Of a stretch of 64,000 bases of DNA, positions 1 to 12,687 are shown piece after piece. Both the position numbers and the translations under genes were made by a program. The DNA is from Psammoneis japonica. Its lineage: Eukaryota. The stretch is from the NCBI GenBank assembly GCA_008632985.1, contig QPGO01000003.1:496001-560000 (forward strand). Direction: 5' to 3'. Below the pieces are notes generated by a model, which did not search any database, had not been told where the DNA came from, and worked only from the letters and a program-made list of their open reading frames with translations. The first letter of the stretch is position 1; every line of letters starts with the position of its first letter.

Positions 1-2753
1 TCGCTGATGAGTTTGGATGGGGCACCACGCTCACGGATCTGATCCTCGAGTGTGTTGACAAACTCTTTGTCCGTCTTGGTGCCGCAGACGTCAGTGACGG
101 TAGACTCGGTGCCAACAAACAGTTGGGCGCTGGTGCAACCAGAGTCGATGGCCGGGGTGTCGGCACAAACGGTGTCAGTGGCGACAGGCTTGTTGCGGCG
201 GTGCACATTAAGGGCGGGGTTGGGGGATTTGCAGGCCTTCCTAAGGTGTGTGCCGGCGGGCATGCGGGCGTGCTGCGTGGTGCAGTCAAAAGTACGATGG
301 ACCGCATCGGCAGGTGGGAAGCCAAAGTGAGGCCGAAGAGACTCGAAGGGGGGGTCCTTGGGCTGTACAGTGCGCTCCGGGGGCGGAACGTCGTCGCCCT
401 TGGGGTCAATCGCGTGTAGATGACACTCACAGAACACGTCGTCGTTCGGAATGAGGTGATCATCGAGGGCGGACGCATGATCGGCAGACAAGGAAGCGGA
501 CATGATGGTCTCGTTGACAACGACACGATGACGGCAGTTGCCGCACTCGTCAAATGGGTTGGCAGTGGGATCGTCCTGCAGGTCAGAGATCGCGTCGTGC
601 CACTGGTCGTCATCAGTGACAGAGTGATCGAGGACGGAAGGGTCCCATGTGTCATCACCAGTGAGGATGACATGGGGCAGGGTGTCCCATTCGGCGTCAG
701 TGTAAGGTCGCATGGCAACATGAGGCAGGCCGGCCTTGATGTCAATGGGGATGACACAGCCATCAGGAGTGGCAATGCGTTGCAAGCCGTTGGGCACCTT
801 GACAGAGCGATCGTTGACATCCTGTTTGTGCCATTTGAGCTGGCCGCAGGAATGGATGGTCTTGCCCTTGCCCGTGCACGCGCATTGATGGAGGATGGCG
901 ATGACGGGACCACGCTGGGTCTCAATGACGGCACCAGCGGTGACAATGGGGATGTCCACCAATTGATGGTCGTCAATGCCCTGGACGTCGACTTGGCGAG
1001 AGGTGCGTGCAATGACGCGAACGTCGTCGCCAGCAATGCCGCCGTTGGCACCACGATCGACTAGAGCACCAGTGCGTGTGGAGCGATGAGCAGAGGCAGA
1101 GCAAATGACATTGTGGTTGTTGACGCGACGGCAAGTGCGGCCGTCAAGTTCCATGTCATCGGCAGAAGCTGGCGGGGCAGAGTGAGCGGCGGATGGCCCT
1201 GGTCGACCAGCATTGGGGGCTTGGTTGGGAGACAACAGACGTTGCAGATCACCGGGTGGCAGTGGCTTGCACTTGGTGAGGTGCGCCAGGATGGGATCAT
1301 CTGAAGTGGCACCCACATTTGGAGCGGGGTCACCAGAGTCAGCAGGAGTCGTGTTGGACAAGTTGACATCACCGTCACTCCCAAGGTGTTGATCGTGAAG
1401 GTTGGCTGCAACAGACTCATGGCAGTTGCTGGCTCGCGGGTTGTGGGGAGGCAGACGAGAATGCTCAAGGATGATCGCCTTGGAGGAATGGGGCAACGAA
1501 TCCCAGATCCGTTGGTGGTCGGGAGGGAGACGTTTCCATTGGTCACCGGTGAGGCTGGGACCGCGGGTGCAGGCAGCATTGGCCTGAAGGATGTCAATGT
1601 CGCTGTCAATGTCGCAGAACACATCGTCGGATGGTTCCTTGGAGCAGACGTCGTGTGCGCACATGGCGCGTCGGGGAGCTCGAGGTGTCGTCTTGGGTTG
1701 AAACGTGCTGTCGCATTGAGCTGCCGCGGAGAGGAGCAAGCCACAGCATTGATCGCATGTGAGGCTCTTGCCACTCTGCGTACGATGCTGATCAGCTTGG
1801 TTCTTGACAGCACGGAGTTCCTCAACAGGGTGTGCGGCATTCTCGAGCATGACGCGCTTCTGTCCTTCAGAGAAGTGGTCACTGGCCGGGATGAGTGCCT
1901 CGTGCTTGCGCAACTGATCTTGCCAATGAAGGATGAACCCGTGGGTCGGACCTTTCCAAGTGCCATCACCAAGACGTGCGGTGGTGGGGTGCGTTGGCAA
2001 GGTGGAGGACTCGACAGATGCGCGGGTGGAGGCAAGCGCGCACTCAGACAAGGCGCGGTGGACGGTCTGGGCATCGGAAGACCCCACATTTTCGCAGATG
2101 AGAGCCTTGCCCTTGTTGGTGAGAAGGATGCGTTCGAAGACGGTGAACATGTGCTTTTGCTGTTCAGCAAAGAGCCGTTTGTCTTCGGGGCTGGTCGGTT
2201 TGTACGACGAGTCTAGAATGCATTCGACGTCTTGGGCATGGGCTTGTGCCACAAGTGAGGTGTGCCAAGTGTGCCACTGCTTGTCGGATTTGAGAGCCGT
2301 GAAAGCGGTGGGATCACGCTTGATGCCTCGCTTGAAGTCCCGCACCGGGTCGCGTGCCTTGGTCGGGTTGGTGACATGCGGAGGTGCGAGGGGTGAGCTG
2401 CCGATGGACACAGAAGACATGCAGTCGGGGCTGAGGCGGCAGGCAAGGAACTCGTCATGCGTGAACAACGAGGAGTCATTGGCAACGTCAAGACCTTTGT
2501 GTGCTTTGACAATGTACAGACTAACTAGAGCTGCTAACATGTTCTTATAACCACGGGGCAAAGGGATCACATTAGTGCCGTTGTCGTGCTCAAGCGAGTC
2601 GATTTGGGACGGTGTGAACGTGAACAGTTCTTGATGCGAGTCCGTGCCGTCTTGGGCCAAAGCCAAACGAAGAGGGCTCCCAGCACCTTGGGCAAGCACG
2701 GTTCCAACAACGTGCTCGAAACCATCGGTTTGTTGCTGACGAGTGAGAACCAT
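1..2753 (-). mobile_element. Ty1/copia (CoDi-type) gag-protease-integrase reading frame, running off the left edge of the window
   Basis: Hand translation of the minus strand from ATG 2753 (absent from the ORF track, probably because it has no stop inside the window): MVLTRQQQTDGFEHVVGTVL...DFKRGIKRDPTAFTALKSDKQW (gag), ALVDRGANGGIAG (aspartic protease), RNKPVATDTVCADTPAID...FVNTLEDQIRERGAPSKLIS (integrase). The start and the window-edge segments are in the same frame. Many expected Tyr appear as Cys/His. Confidence 0.9.
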
Positions 2754-3173
2754 GGCAGACAAAAGTGGTGTCAGGACAAGCAATTCTTGTTGGGAAGCGA
2801 AGGTAGACTTGAAGCTTGGGTGAGAATGGACTTGACTTGAAATGGACTTGACTTGAAATCTTGAACTGCCTTAAAATCAGAAGTCGCCGGGCTTTGCCAT
2901 CCCGTTCGTTGTCAAGTGCTAAACTTCCTGTCCGGTCTGCAGAGTTGTGCCGGCACGTCCGAGCCCGCAGCTGGTGGCGCTTTGGGTTGCTTGCAAGCAG
3001 AGCAGCGGGTTGTAAACCCCTGCAGGCAAGCTGACTAGAGGTGGACAAGACCCCCGAACCATTCTTATTTTGTGTCGGTTGGATTTCCCGATCAGGCTGG
3101 CCAGTTGACGTAGGCATCAGGCGCTGTGGATGAACGAACAAACGCGGGAAAGCACCCTCGCCCCAACGCAGGC

Positions 3174-3624
3174 TGCAATCACGGCTGCTTGCTCTCACAG
3201 TCAGTCTCGTGGACCTGGCAGAACTGCAGAGCACCAGCAGTCCGGGGCAGATCCGGCACAATGGACTCGGTGTGCTTGTAGAGTGGTGGCAAAACCGCAT
3301 TCCGAAGAGTGGGTGCAGGTTCTTGGCCGTGAAGACATGCACACACACACATGTCCTCAGCGACGAAGATCCTTGAACATGTGGGGTTCTTGACCGTCAA
3401 CCGATGAATGGGTGTGTCAAGGGATGAGGATCAAGGACAGACTTGGATGTGACCGTTGAATGCATGTCTTCAGCGATCAAAGGTGGCGCAATCAATCCAG
3501 ATGTCCAGCGGTGAGGAGACTTGACGGTGACGTTAACTTCCTGCCAATGCCCTGGCATTGAATGCGCGCAGACTTGCCGATGCATGTAGAACACACATGC
3601 GGAGGTCCACGTAGAATTGAAACA
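3174..3624 (-). repeat. Probable 5' LTR of the left-edge copia element
   Basis: Non-coding segment upstream of gag, starting TGTTTCAATTC at 3624 on the minus strand; contains a (CA)n run near 3340-3351 that may be a converted TATA tract. The partner LTR lies outside the window, so the inner boundary is a guess. Confidence 0.35.
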
Positions 3625-3650
3625 GCGTCGTTGGCAAATCAACGACGACG

Positions 3651-5448
3651 ATGACAGTCTTGCTCATTGTCATCGCGAGGCGCCAAAAGAAGCTATTTTG
3701 CATGGCCAACCAAGCCAAGCTTCGCTCCTTCCGCACTGCACCTCGCTACAAGCATGGATGCGAAGTTCCCCGGAACTACAAACACGCCATGTCACTGGAC
3801 GAACGCAACGGCAACCGCAAATGGGGAGACGCAACTAATCTTGAGATGGACCAACTCGACGAATACGAAGTCTTCCATGACTGCGGGCCCTTCGAGTCTT
3901 CCACTCCTCCTGTGGGACACAAGAAGATCCGAGTGCACCCAGTGCACGACGTGAAACACGACGGTCGCCACAAGGCACGACTCGCAGCCGACGGGCACCT
4001 CACGGACGTACCTGTCAACAGTGTCCACTCCGGAGCAGTCTCCCTCTGTGGCCTTCGGCTGATGATTTTCCTGGCCGAACTCAACGAGTTGGAGACATGG
4101 GCCACCGACATTGGCAATGCCTGCCTTGAAGCCACCACCAAGGAGAAGCCCCACATTGCAGCCGGACCCGAATTTGGCAAACTCGAAGGACACATCCTTG
4201 TCATCCACAAGGCCCTGCATGGACTGCGCAGCTCCAGTCTCCGCTGGCACGAGCGCTTCGCCGACTGCCTGCGAGCTGAAGGCTTCTTCCCCTGCCGCGC
4301 CAAACCCGACATTTGGACGCGCAGGAACGGCGACCACTGTGAATGCATTGCCGTTTATGTGGGTGACCTTGCCATTGCCATGAAGGATCCTCAATCTTTC
4401 GTCGATGCTCTCACAGAAAAGTGCAAGTTCAAGCTCAAGGGTGCGGGACCCATTGAGTTCCATCTGGGTTGCGACTTTTCCCGGGATCCCGATGGAACCT
4501 TGTGCCTGTCTCCGCGCAAGCACATCGAGCGCATGGTCGACAGCTGCGCCCGACTGTTTGGGGAGAAACCTGCCACCAACGCCCTGTCACCTCTGGAGAA
4601 GGGTGGCCACCCCGAGCTGGACACTTCCGAGCTGCTGGGACCCGATGGCGTTCACAAGTTCCAGTCTCTTGTTGGTTCACTCCAATGGGCAGTGTCCCTT
4701 GGTCGAATTGACATTGCCACGGCCGTCATGTCACTCTCTGGCTTCCGAGCTGCGCCCCGTCAAGGCCACTTGGATCGTGCCAAACGCGTCTGTGGGCACC
4801 TCTCCAAGATGCGACACGGTGCTCTCCGCGTTCGCACAGAAGAGCCCGACCATTCGGATCTCCCTGCTCCTGCCCATGAATGGATGCATTCCGTGTGCGG
4901 CGAAGCAGAAGAGATGATCCCGAAGGACGCTCCACCGCCCCTTGGCAAGTTCGTCACTGCCACCCACTGCGTCGATGCAAACTTGTGCCATTGCATGCTC
5001 ACCGGACGCTCTGTCATGGGAATGCTCCACTTCCTCAACAAATTCCCGGCTGATTGGTTCTCTGAGAAGCAAGCCACCGTGGAGACTGCGACCTGCGGGT
5101 CGGAATTTGTTGCCGCAAGGACTTGTGTCGAGCAGATCATTGACCTGCGCATCACCCTGCGCCACCTTGGCGCCCCGATCCACAATGTCAGTTGCATGTT
5201 CGGTGACAACAAGTCGGTTGTAGACAGTGCCACCATCCCGCACTCCAAGTTACACAAGCGACACACCGCACTGTCGTTCCACCGTGTGCGTGAGGCAATT
5301 GCCTCTGGTTGCCTTGAGCTCCACTTCATCGAAGGCTCCCACAACCCTGCTGACATCCTCAGCAAGCATTGGGGTTGCTCCCAAATCTGGGACCTTCTCC
5401 GCCCCCTCATGTTCTGGAACTTCATTTCATCCAAAGTTGAATCTGTTT
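3651..5448 (+). pseudogene. Ty1/copia reverse transcriptase-RNase H fragment, 5'-truncated and mutated
   Basis: ORF 3651..5507 contains VHDVKHDGRHKARL, TDIGNACLEA, KALHGLRSS, AVYVGDL (degenerate YVDD), VDANL, ETATCGSEF, GDNKSV and NPADILSK. It is opposite in orientation to the upstream gag-pol, and its 3' end is interrupted by a TRIM. Confidence 0.92.
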
Positions 5449-5894
5449 TGCAATGTGCAGCTGCTGACAAGAGCCAATGTATCACGGCGACGTGTTGCAG
5501 TCTTTAAATGTCACAAAGGGCGTGACAAAAATAACCTTTTGTCTGCGTGCATGCTGCATTGTGAATTCACAGCGGAGTGGTGCATCGCAACCACTGGGCA
5601 GGAGGCCAGGGGTTCGAAACCCGAGTGGGAGTTGTCTGCAGCAACGTTGATCACTGTCGAAGGCGTAAAACTCTGTGCAGTTCTGCATGTTCCTTCGCAC
5701 GCACCCACACTGTTCTGCCAAAACCGTGCAGTGTCAGCACACGTTAGTAAAGAGCCGTGTGGACGCGTGATGCATGGGGAGGAGTGCAACACACAGCTGC
5801 CAACAAGAGCCAATGCATCACGGCGACGTGTTACAGTCTTTAAATGTCACAAAGGGTGTGACAAAAACAACCTTTTGTCTGCATGCATGCTGCA
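5449..5894 (+). mobile_element. TRIM-like non-autonomous LTR element, copy A
   Basis: 110-bp direct repeats 5449-5558 and 5785-5894 (TG...CA), PPT GGGGAGGAG before the second repeat, 4-bp TSD GTTT (5445-5448 and 5895-5898); homologous copies at 18657 and 48327. Confidence 0.92.
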
Positions 5895-5919
5895 GTTTCT
5901 GTGACTCCTCAAGCAAACT

Positions 5920-6130
5920 GGGGAGTGACAGGATTTGAACAGGATTCAGGTGCGCGCGAAATGTCACGCGCTGTTTAGTTCACCGCGCACAGTTTTGTGT
6001 GCTTTAGTTCCGCGCATTCACGCGAGACGCAGTTTGCTTTCGAGCCACAAGGCTCACAAGAATGACAACAGCAGCCCGATTGTGCCGACTCACACGTCTT
6101 TCGGCTCCTGTGACGGTCTCTGAGCGGAGA
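5920..6130 (+). repeat. Possible PPT (GGGGAG 5920-5925) and start of the 3' LTR of the + strand copia
   Basis: Purine tract followed by TGACAGG just after the RNase H coding end once the TRIM is removed. The LTR end is not identifiable. Confidence 0.35.
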
Positions 6131-6203
6131 CTCATCTGCCATTTAGACAGCAGCAAGGAGCTGTTGTTTGAATTCTTGCCACTTGCCTTCATTTTCTGTC
6201 AGT

Positions 6204-6822
6204 GTGTGGGAGCCAAGCTGCATGTGAGAAATCTGCTCAACAAGCAATGTGGATGCTGCACTGGCCATTGAGAGCTGGCATGCACACAAAAGAAGCTGAG
6301 AGCACTGGCATGCTTTGTGCCATGACTTGCCCAAGTGGCAGCCAGCATGATTTGACATTTGGCTCCTGACATGGTTTGAAGAATGGCTCTCTGTGTGGAG
6401 GATCTCACCATCATCTTGTTTGCTTTTGGACTTTCATCTCACTCTTTGGAATGAATCATTTGGTTTGTCATTTGGCATCAGCAGGTTCACCCTGCTGTTT
6501 TGCAAGTTTGTGGTTTGCCAAGATGCCTGTGCAACCCACAACCAATGCAGACTGCCAAGGCAAGCATGACGAGCATCACAGGAAGCCCATCAGGACTTCC
6601 TTTTGGTCGTGACATTGACTTGCTGGCTCAACAGCTCCGCAGCATGCCAACACAGTGCAGTGCTGCATGTGGCATGTGGGAGCCAAGCTGCATGTGAGAA
6701 ATCTGCTCAACAAGCAATGTGGACGCTGCGCTGGCCATTGAGAACTGGCATGCACACAAAAGAAGATGAGAGCACTGACATGCTTTGTGCCACAACTTGC
6801 CCAAGTGGCAGCCAGCATGATT
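6204..6822. repeat. ~148-bp direct repeat pair (6204-6351 and 6675-6822) in a degenerate repeat block
   Basis: Both copies read tgtgggagccaagctgcatgtgagaaatctgctcaacaagc...gcagccagcatgatt; differences are mostly CG/TG, CG/CA and TG/CA. Confidence 0.8.
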
Positions 6823-7668
6823 CAGGCAAACCACCATTTTGTCATCAGTGCGCTTCACACCGGCAAAGCAGAAGAGCACACACAAATGCAGCAAGTTGCA
6901 GCAGATGCCATGTCTCTGACAGCCACCATCATGCCTGACAGCATCCACCCTCAGATTTTAAGATCTTTTCAGTGATGAGCTCCTTGAGCTCACCATGGAT
7001 GCTGTTGTCATTCATTGTTGACACCGTGGATGCTGTTGTCATTCATTGTTGACACAACAGCTTCAGCATCGGGGGGTCTTCTTGGTGCCGACATTTCCCT
7101 GCTTGCCTCTGCCTTCTTCCTTTTCTGTGTCTGGGGGGCACATGGCTTCCTTCTTGCAATTGAAGGCCCTGCCTGTCAGTGCCACAAAAACACATGGTTG
7201 GCAAGCAAAAAGAGTTTTGATGTCCAGTTGCGAGTTGAGGCGTGTCGCAACCAAAGCCCCCCAAGGAAACCAGACAAATGTGTCAACCTCTTTGTGACAA
7301 TGGCAGAAAAAGACCCCTAATGAAAAATGAGTGATCCCACGATGCTTGCCATGTCGAGACGCATCAAAGTGCAACACGTCAATTTTGATGCCAGTCATTT
7401 GGAAACTTTTGGTCCCATCGACTTTGTCGCGCGTGCTTCACTGCGGCAAAATTTCAGCCACGGACGCCGGGAAAATGTGAGGCCGCGCCGGTAAGGTTAG
7501 TTCGCCAATGGAGATTTTTTTTTCGATGTTTGAGGCAAAATATTGTGGATACATTCTGTCCAATGAGTCTATTTGTCTATTTAGGTACTTGGCCTTTCTA
7601 TCTTGTCTTCTCAACCGGTGCAGAGGTCCATCTCGCTCCTTGTTTCAACTTCCAACACACCGTCTCAT

Positions 7669-9284
7669 TCATAGTGAATCCGTAACGGTTTCGACAAGTT
7701 GCTCTGAATCCTGGAGAGCAGCAAGAAAGCTCCCTGTAGTGAATGCGGTTGAGACAAGAGAGGTTGATTCGGGAGAATAGAGCTTGTCTGCAGTGTTCGA
7801 CTTGGGTATTGCCGTTTGAGACTCCTTTCTGAACCAGTCTTTTAGACTCATATTTGAAATGACACATCCAGAAAGAATGAGCGCAGCACCCATGGCAGCG
7901 TCCAAACCAAATTGCTCTCCCACTAACAAGGCCGCACAAGCAGCTCCCCAGAGTGGTTCGGTAGAGAAAAGCAGCGTCGTCTCTGCGGCAGAAAGAGTTT
8001 TCAATGCCAACGTTTCCATGTACACTGTCAAGGCTGTTGTGACTACACCGGTCCAAAAGAGCGCTCCCATGATTGCAGGATCCGTTAACCATTCCATCAT
8101 TTGTTGCGCATCCGGCCACGGTGTCCCCAATAATGGTGTTGTTGCACAGTACAAGGCAGAAGCCATGAATACCGCCAAGAGCTGTGCAGCCGTCAAACGA
8201 CCCGCCGAATCGGGATACGTGTGCATGGCTTTTTCCATTCGCCAAAAGCCAACGCCAAACGTAATTGGTTGTAACAACGAGGCAACATCTCCGCTTCCCA
8301 AGGTGCCGCCACTGAAAAACCCTTCGAGCAATGCAACTCCAGTCAGAGCCAAGACGGCTCCCACAATTTCACGAGGCAACATGCGCTTTCCAACAAAAAA
8401 GTCCAAAATGGGTACAGTCACAACCGCAAGGGAACAAATAAAGGCGCTCTGCGTGTGTCGACAACACAAAAACATACCGGTATAGTCCATGAGCGACGTC
8501 AAACAAAGGAATAAATCACACCAATTCCATTACTGGTCTCACCTTGCTCGCATCCATTGTCTCCAGCCCAATAGCTTGGGCAACATAACCAACCGAACTA
8601 GACCGCAGGCCGATACAAGCAAAGAAAACGTTAGAACAAAATGCTGTGGGTACGGCGTATCGTACGTAGCAAAACACACATTATGACTCACTTCCACATG
8701 CCAACCTCAAAGCCGGCCATTGTCGCCCCCAGAGTTATCGAAGCCCTCGTACTAGCACCACCATCATGCCGCTTGGTCGTTGCTTGCTCGTTTATTAAAA
8801 ATTCCAATGGCATGACAAGCCATGGTAGGGTTGCCATGGCAGCCATACCGAACCGAAGTGTCGAGCTCACTCCGACGGGCATGCTGTGATCCAAGATTTT
8901 GACAATGGAAAAGTTTGTACCATACAAAGCCGCAGCTCCTAAAAGCAGAAATCGAGCTTGCCAAACATCATTTGAAAGAATACAAATGGACTGCTTTGGC
9001 GTTGTTGACACGCTTCTGCTCGTGACTTGATGATGGCTTTCATCCGATAGTGCAGGCGTTCGCCTCAGTATTTGTTCTATTGTTTGGCGTCTCTCAAGCC
9101 CGTCATGATTTGAATACATTACGTCGGTTGTATTTACAAGAACTGCCGACAGTGGTGGAGCCGAATAATCAAGTCTTTTGGATAATGGCACCTTGTTTGC
9201 AGTTTGGCGAGCGGGTCTCACAACAAAGCACGCCGCAAACGGAACTGCTGCTGCCAGTACATATAATCGAACCCCGTTTCTCAT
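7669..9284 (-). CDS. EamA/DMT-family transporter, 3 exons (9284-8692, 8597-8543, 8448-7669), likely plastid-targeted
   Basis: ORFs 8688..9449 and 7669..8502 joined through GT-AG introns: LLGAAALYGTNF, LRFGMAA, QAIGLETMDASK|SAFICSLAVVTVP, ETTLLFSTEPLWG. The N-terminus MRNGVRLYVLAAAVPFAAC-FVV resembles a signal peptide plus ASAFAP motif. Confidence 0.85.
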
Positions 9285-9569
9285 TTTGAAAATATATTGT
9301 ATCCAACGCAACCAACCAACCAAAAAGGTGTGCTGTTTGCTCGATGCGTTGTGAATATGAAGTAGGATGACCGCTCTCTCTCCTTTTGTTTGATGTCCCC
9401 GAGTGATGTTTCGACTCCGAATGCCGATGAGAAGCGCGGAATCCATCACTTTGTACGTGAATCTCTCGTAGAAAAGCTGGTGTATCGTAAGTATCTTTTC
9501 CGCAGAAAAAGTGTGGCTGTGACGCGGTGTTGAAGTGATTCCAGTATGGTTCTACGCATTTCTACACCG

Positions 9570-12500
9570 TCCGTTGGATCGCGGTGTTGAAGCACGACTG
9601 CCGATGTGGTCCGCGATCACGACTGACGAAACCTGCGCATGCCAACGCGACGAGCTGCGCAGCCCACCACCGAGAAGAGCTCCTGTGGTCATGTTGTTTG
9701 TTCCCACAATGAGGGTTGCAACATTGCCAATGCCAAATGTGACAAGCAAAATCTGAAACAGTGACAACTCACGTGATGGAACAAACAAGAAAGAACAAGA
9801 GACAACGTGTCTCTTTGCATCAGTGGTGCCCCTTTTGCTTCAAAGAGCAGATGAAAGCAGCAGAGCAGCTGGAGACAGACAGTTGGGGCAAGCAACGATG
9901 CCAACAACAACAAAGAAAAAAGTTTGATCTGAGACAGAAAAAGGTCATTTTTAGCTGAAACTAAGCATTTGAGCACCAACTGTTGCTCATGACTGAGGGC
10001 AAAAGAGAGCCACAGCTCTGACCGGCACTCTGCATGAATGAGCACGCTCAAACTCTGGCAGCTCTCACCAACAAGGTTTTGCTTTGTCAGTGCAACCAGC
10101 ACTCTTGACTGAAAATTCAAGTTATCATCAACAACAAGGTGCACCTCCAACACAGCGCACCTTGCATGTTGAAGCTCATTTTGATGGCGCTCTCTTTCCA
10201 CAGCTCTGATGTTTTTGCTTGTGTTGCTGGTGAGATCACACAGTGTGGCAACTCAGGATGGGGCGCAGGGCTTCATAATGTGACAGCAACCACCAGGAGC
10301 AGCCCAAAAATGCTGTTCTCATGATGCCAACCCAAACATCATTGCATTGCATGTGTCTCAGGCCAGAGCAGTGATCAGAGAGTGTGCTGCGCGGCTGGCA
10401 AGGCAAATGCAAAAACAACTCCCCAAGAGGAGGGGGGGGCCATTCTTGCCATGCACCAACAACAAAACACAGCATGCTTCAGCATGTTGGCAATTCCTTG
10501 GCATTTGCCAAATTGCCACTCATGAGCACATTGAGATGTGCATTGCTTGCATTTGCCTCCCTGCCACTCGGCTCTGCCTCGCATGCTGATGTCAGGTTGC
10601 TCATGATGGCGACACAATGCTTTGACCACATTTTATTGGATCTGAGGGCAGCATGCACTGGGACAATTGGCACCCTTGATGTCACCACCACACACCATGC
10701 ACCAAGGCACCAGTTCAGCCATGGAAGCATCTCAGCTCACAGGGGCTTTTCTCTGTGAACCTTGAGGCTTTTTTTGAGGTTCGCAACAAACCTGGAGCAA
10801 CAAAAGAGAAGGTGTCATCTGCTGCAATCTTTGTGTTGGCAATGACAACAACAACTCCTGGGCAGTTCTCAATGTGCTGCAAAAAGAGTCTGACATTTGT
10901 CATGTTGTGTCAACTGTGCTGCCTTTGAATGACTTAGAGTGCTTTGAGCTTGCCAAAGAGCCCTCTTTGGCCTCATTTTAAAGACAAGGGCCACACTGTT
11001 TTCTTCTTGGCACTGGCAAAAACAGCTTGGGTGTTCTTCCCAGTTTCCACAACCCATTCTAAGAGTGACCCACATGTGATGCACTTGCCAAAAGCAGCAG
11101 GCATTTGAGATCAAAGCATTGGCAGCCTCTGCCATCACTCCTGATGCCCACAGAGAGAGTGTTGCTTGCACCAGTCATGGAACAATGTGCTTCTCTAAGT
11201 CCTAAATGTGCACTCCAATGTTGAAGCACTTGCTTGCAAGTGAGAGCTTTAAAAAGAGTGCGCTTGGTGGCTGAGCTTTTTCAGCTGCAGTTGAGTCCAA
11301 ACCATGGAAGGGAGCCATGTGGTGGCCCAATCATTGACCATGTGAGAGCCGGCCAGTGTGCACAACACAACATTCCCCCCCCCCTGTTGCTGACGTTGTC
11401 TCCACTGTGCTGCACCATGAGGCTGGGCTGAGACAATGAAGCTGCATGTTTCTGATGTGCTGCCATCAAAGTCAGTGGCCACACTTCTCAGTGATTGTCA
11501 TTTCAATGATTTGCAAAATCAATTGCAAGAAAAAACACTCTAAAGATGCCCCAATCTTGTGTGTGCAATCTGTGGCAAAAACATGCACAGACCTTTGAAG
11601 ATGCTGATTTCCACAAAAAGGCTAGCATCAGCACAGAATAGAGCCACCATTTGTCTCATCAGTGCAAAGCAACGTGCACTCATTAAAGAAGATGGCTGCA
11701 CTGTTCTTGAGCACCTCACAAAAGAGAAGCTCCAGGCCCAAAATGCACCTGCTGTCCAAGCGAGCACATTTGAAAACTGTGGGCTTCTTCCCAACTCTGT
11801 TGCGGCTGCACTTGCAAGCATCATGGTCTTGCCTGTGTGACAAAAACTGAACAAACAAACAAACAAACAAACAAGAGCTTCCAACAAGGCAAAAATGAGG
11901 AGGTTCGAACGCGGCTTGCACCCTCTGTGCTCTGTGCCGCTAAATCGCAAAAGACAGAAACGCGCTGCTCCAAATCTGCAAGAAGTCGTGTGGTGCTTCC
12001 AGCAGTGCTTGTGCTGCTTGCATGCTGCTTTTTCAAAATTTGTTTGATTCTGGGCTTCATTGAAGCTGCCCCAAAGCAGAGCTCAGGTGGCCTCGCTTGA
12101 AAACCCTGCCTCTGCCGGTGTGCTGACCTGCTGCTCTTGCATCTTAGCTGCTTCTTTTCAAAGGCCTTTGGCAAGCCCCAGTTTTTGAAAGATAGTCCGT
12201 CAAAGGCACCATGCTTGCTGGAAGAGAAGCAGCTACCCCTGGTCAACGTGAGTGACAGGGTTGCTTGACAGGGTTGCTTGACTTTGGCGCCCTGCACCTT
12301 GTGCCAAAATCTGGGACAGCACTCTGCCAGTGGGAGAAGTTTCTGGATTTTGGGCTCTCCCATGGTCACCTTGGATGTTGCCTGTTTGGCCATGATGTGC
12401 ATGCCAAGCTGCTCCTTCCTTGCTTCCAGCATCTTTCCACCGCCAGACCACGAACGTGTTGCAGGGGTGTTGTGTGTGCATCAAACAGCGCTTGTTGCTG
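9570..12500. mobile_element. Highly degenerate transposon-derived block, family not identified
   Basis: Very low TpA and CpG, TG/CA-rich, no credible ORF. A ~55-bp segment near 11300-11358 resembles 20652-20708. Confidence 0.5.
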
Positions 12501-12687
12501 ACGCCGCAAAACGTCTTACCCACGTAAAATTCGGCGCTGGTTTCTGGATGGATGATTCTTCAAGCGGCATTCTCCCAAACGAATGAAAATGGGTTTCACT
12601 GCCACGACAACTCGTCCGCAAGTCCGCAGGAGTGATTTCCCCCACTGTTCGCACCTCCTGCTCTTTTTGAGATGCGCCGCAAGGGCG

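Noticed and set aside
420..2550. Long + strand ORFs (420..1064, 1386..2216, 1933..2550) and minus ORF 1061..2170
   Set aside because: Shadow frames of the copia gag-pol encoded in another minus-strand frame.
1..5448. Treating the left gag-pol and the RT-RH fragment as one intact element
   Set aside because: They are on opposite strands and separated by a probable LTR, so they are separate insertions or a rearrangement.
5560..5635. Functional tRNA gene
   Set aside because: The anticodon arm is degenerate, the acceptor stem is poor, and the sequence lies inside a repeated TRIM; reported as a tRNA-like module instead.
7420..7505. Possible piggyBac-like terminus (…ccggtaaggttag)
   Set aside because: No matching opposite TIR or TTAA TSD was found by eye.
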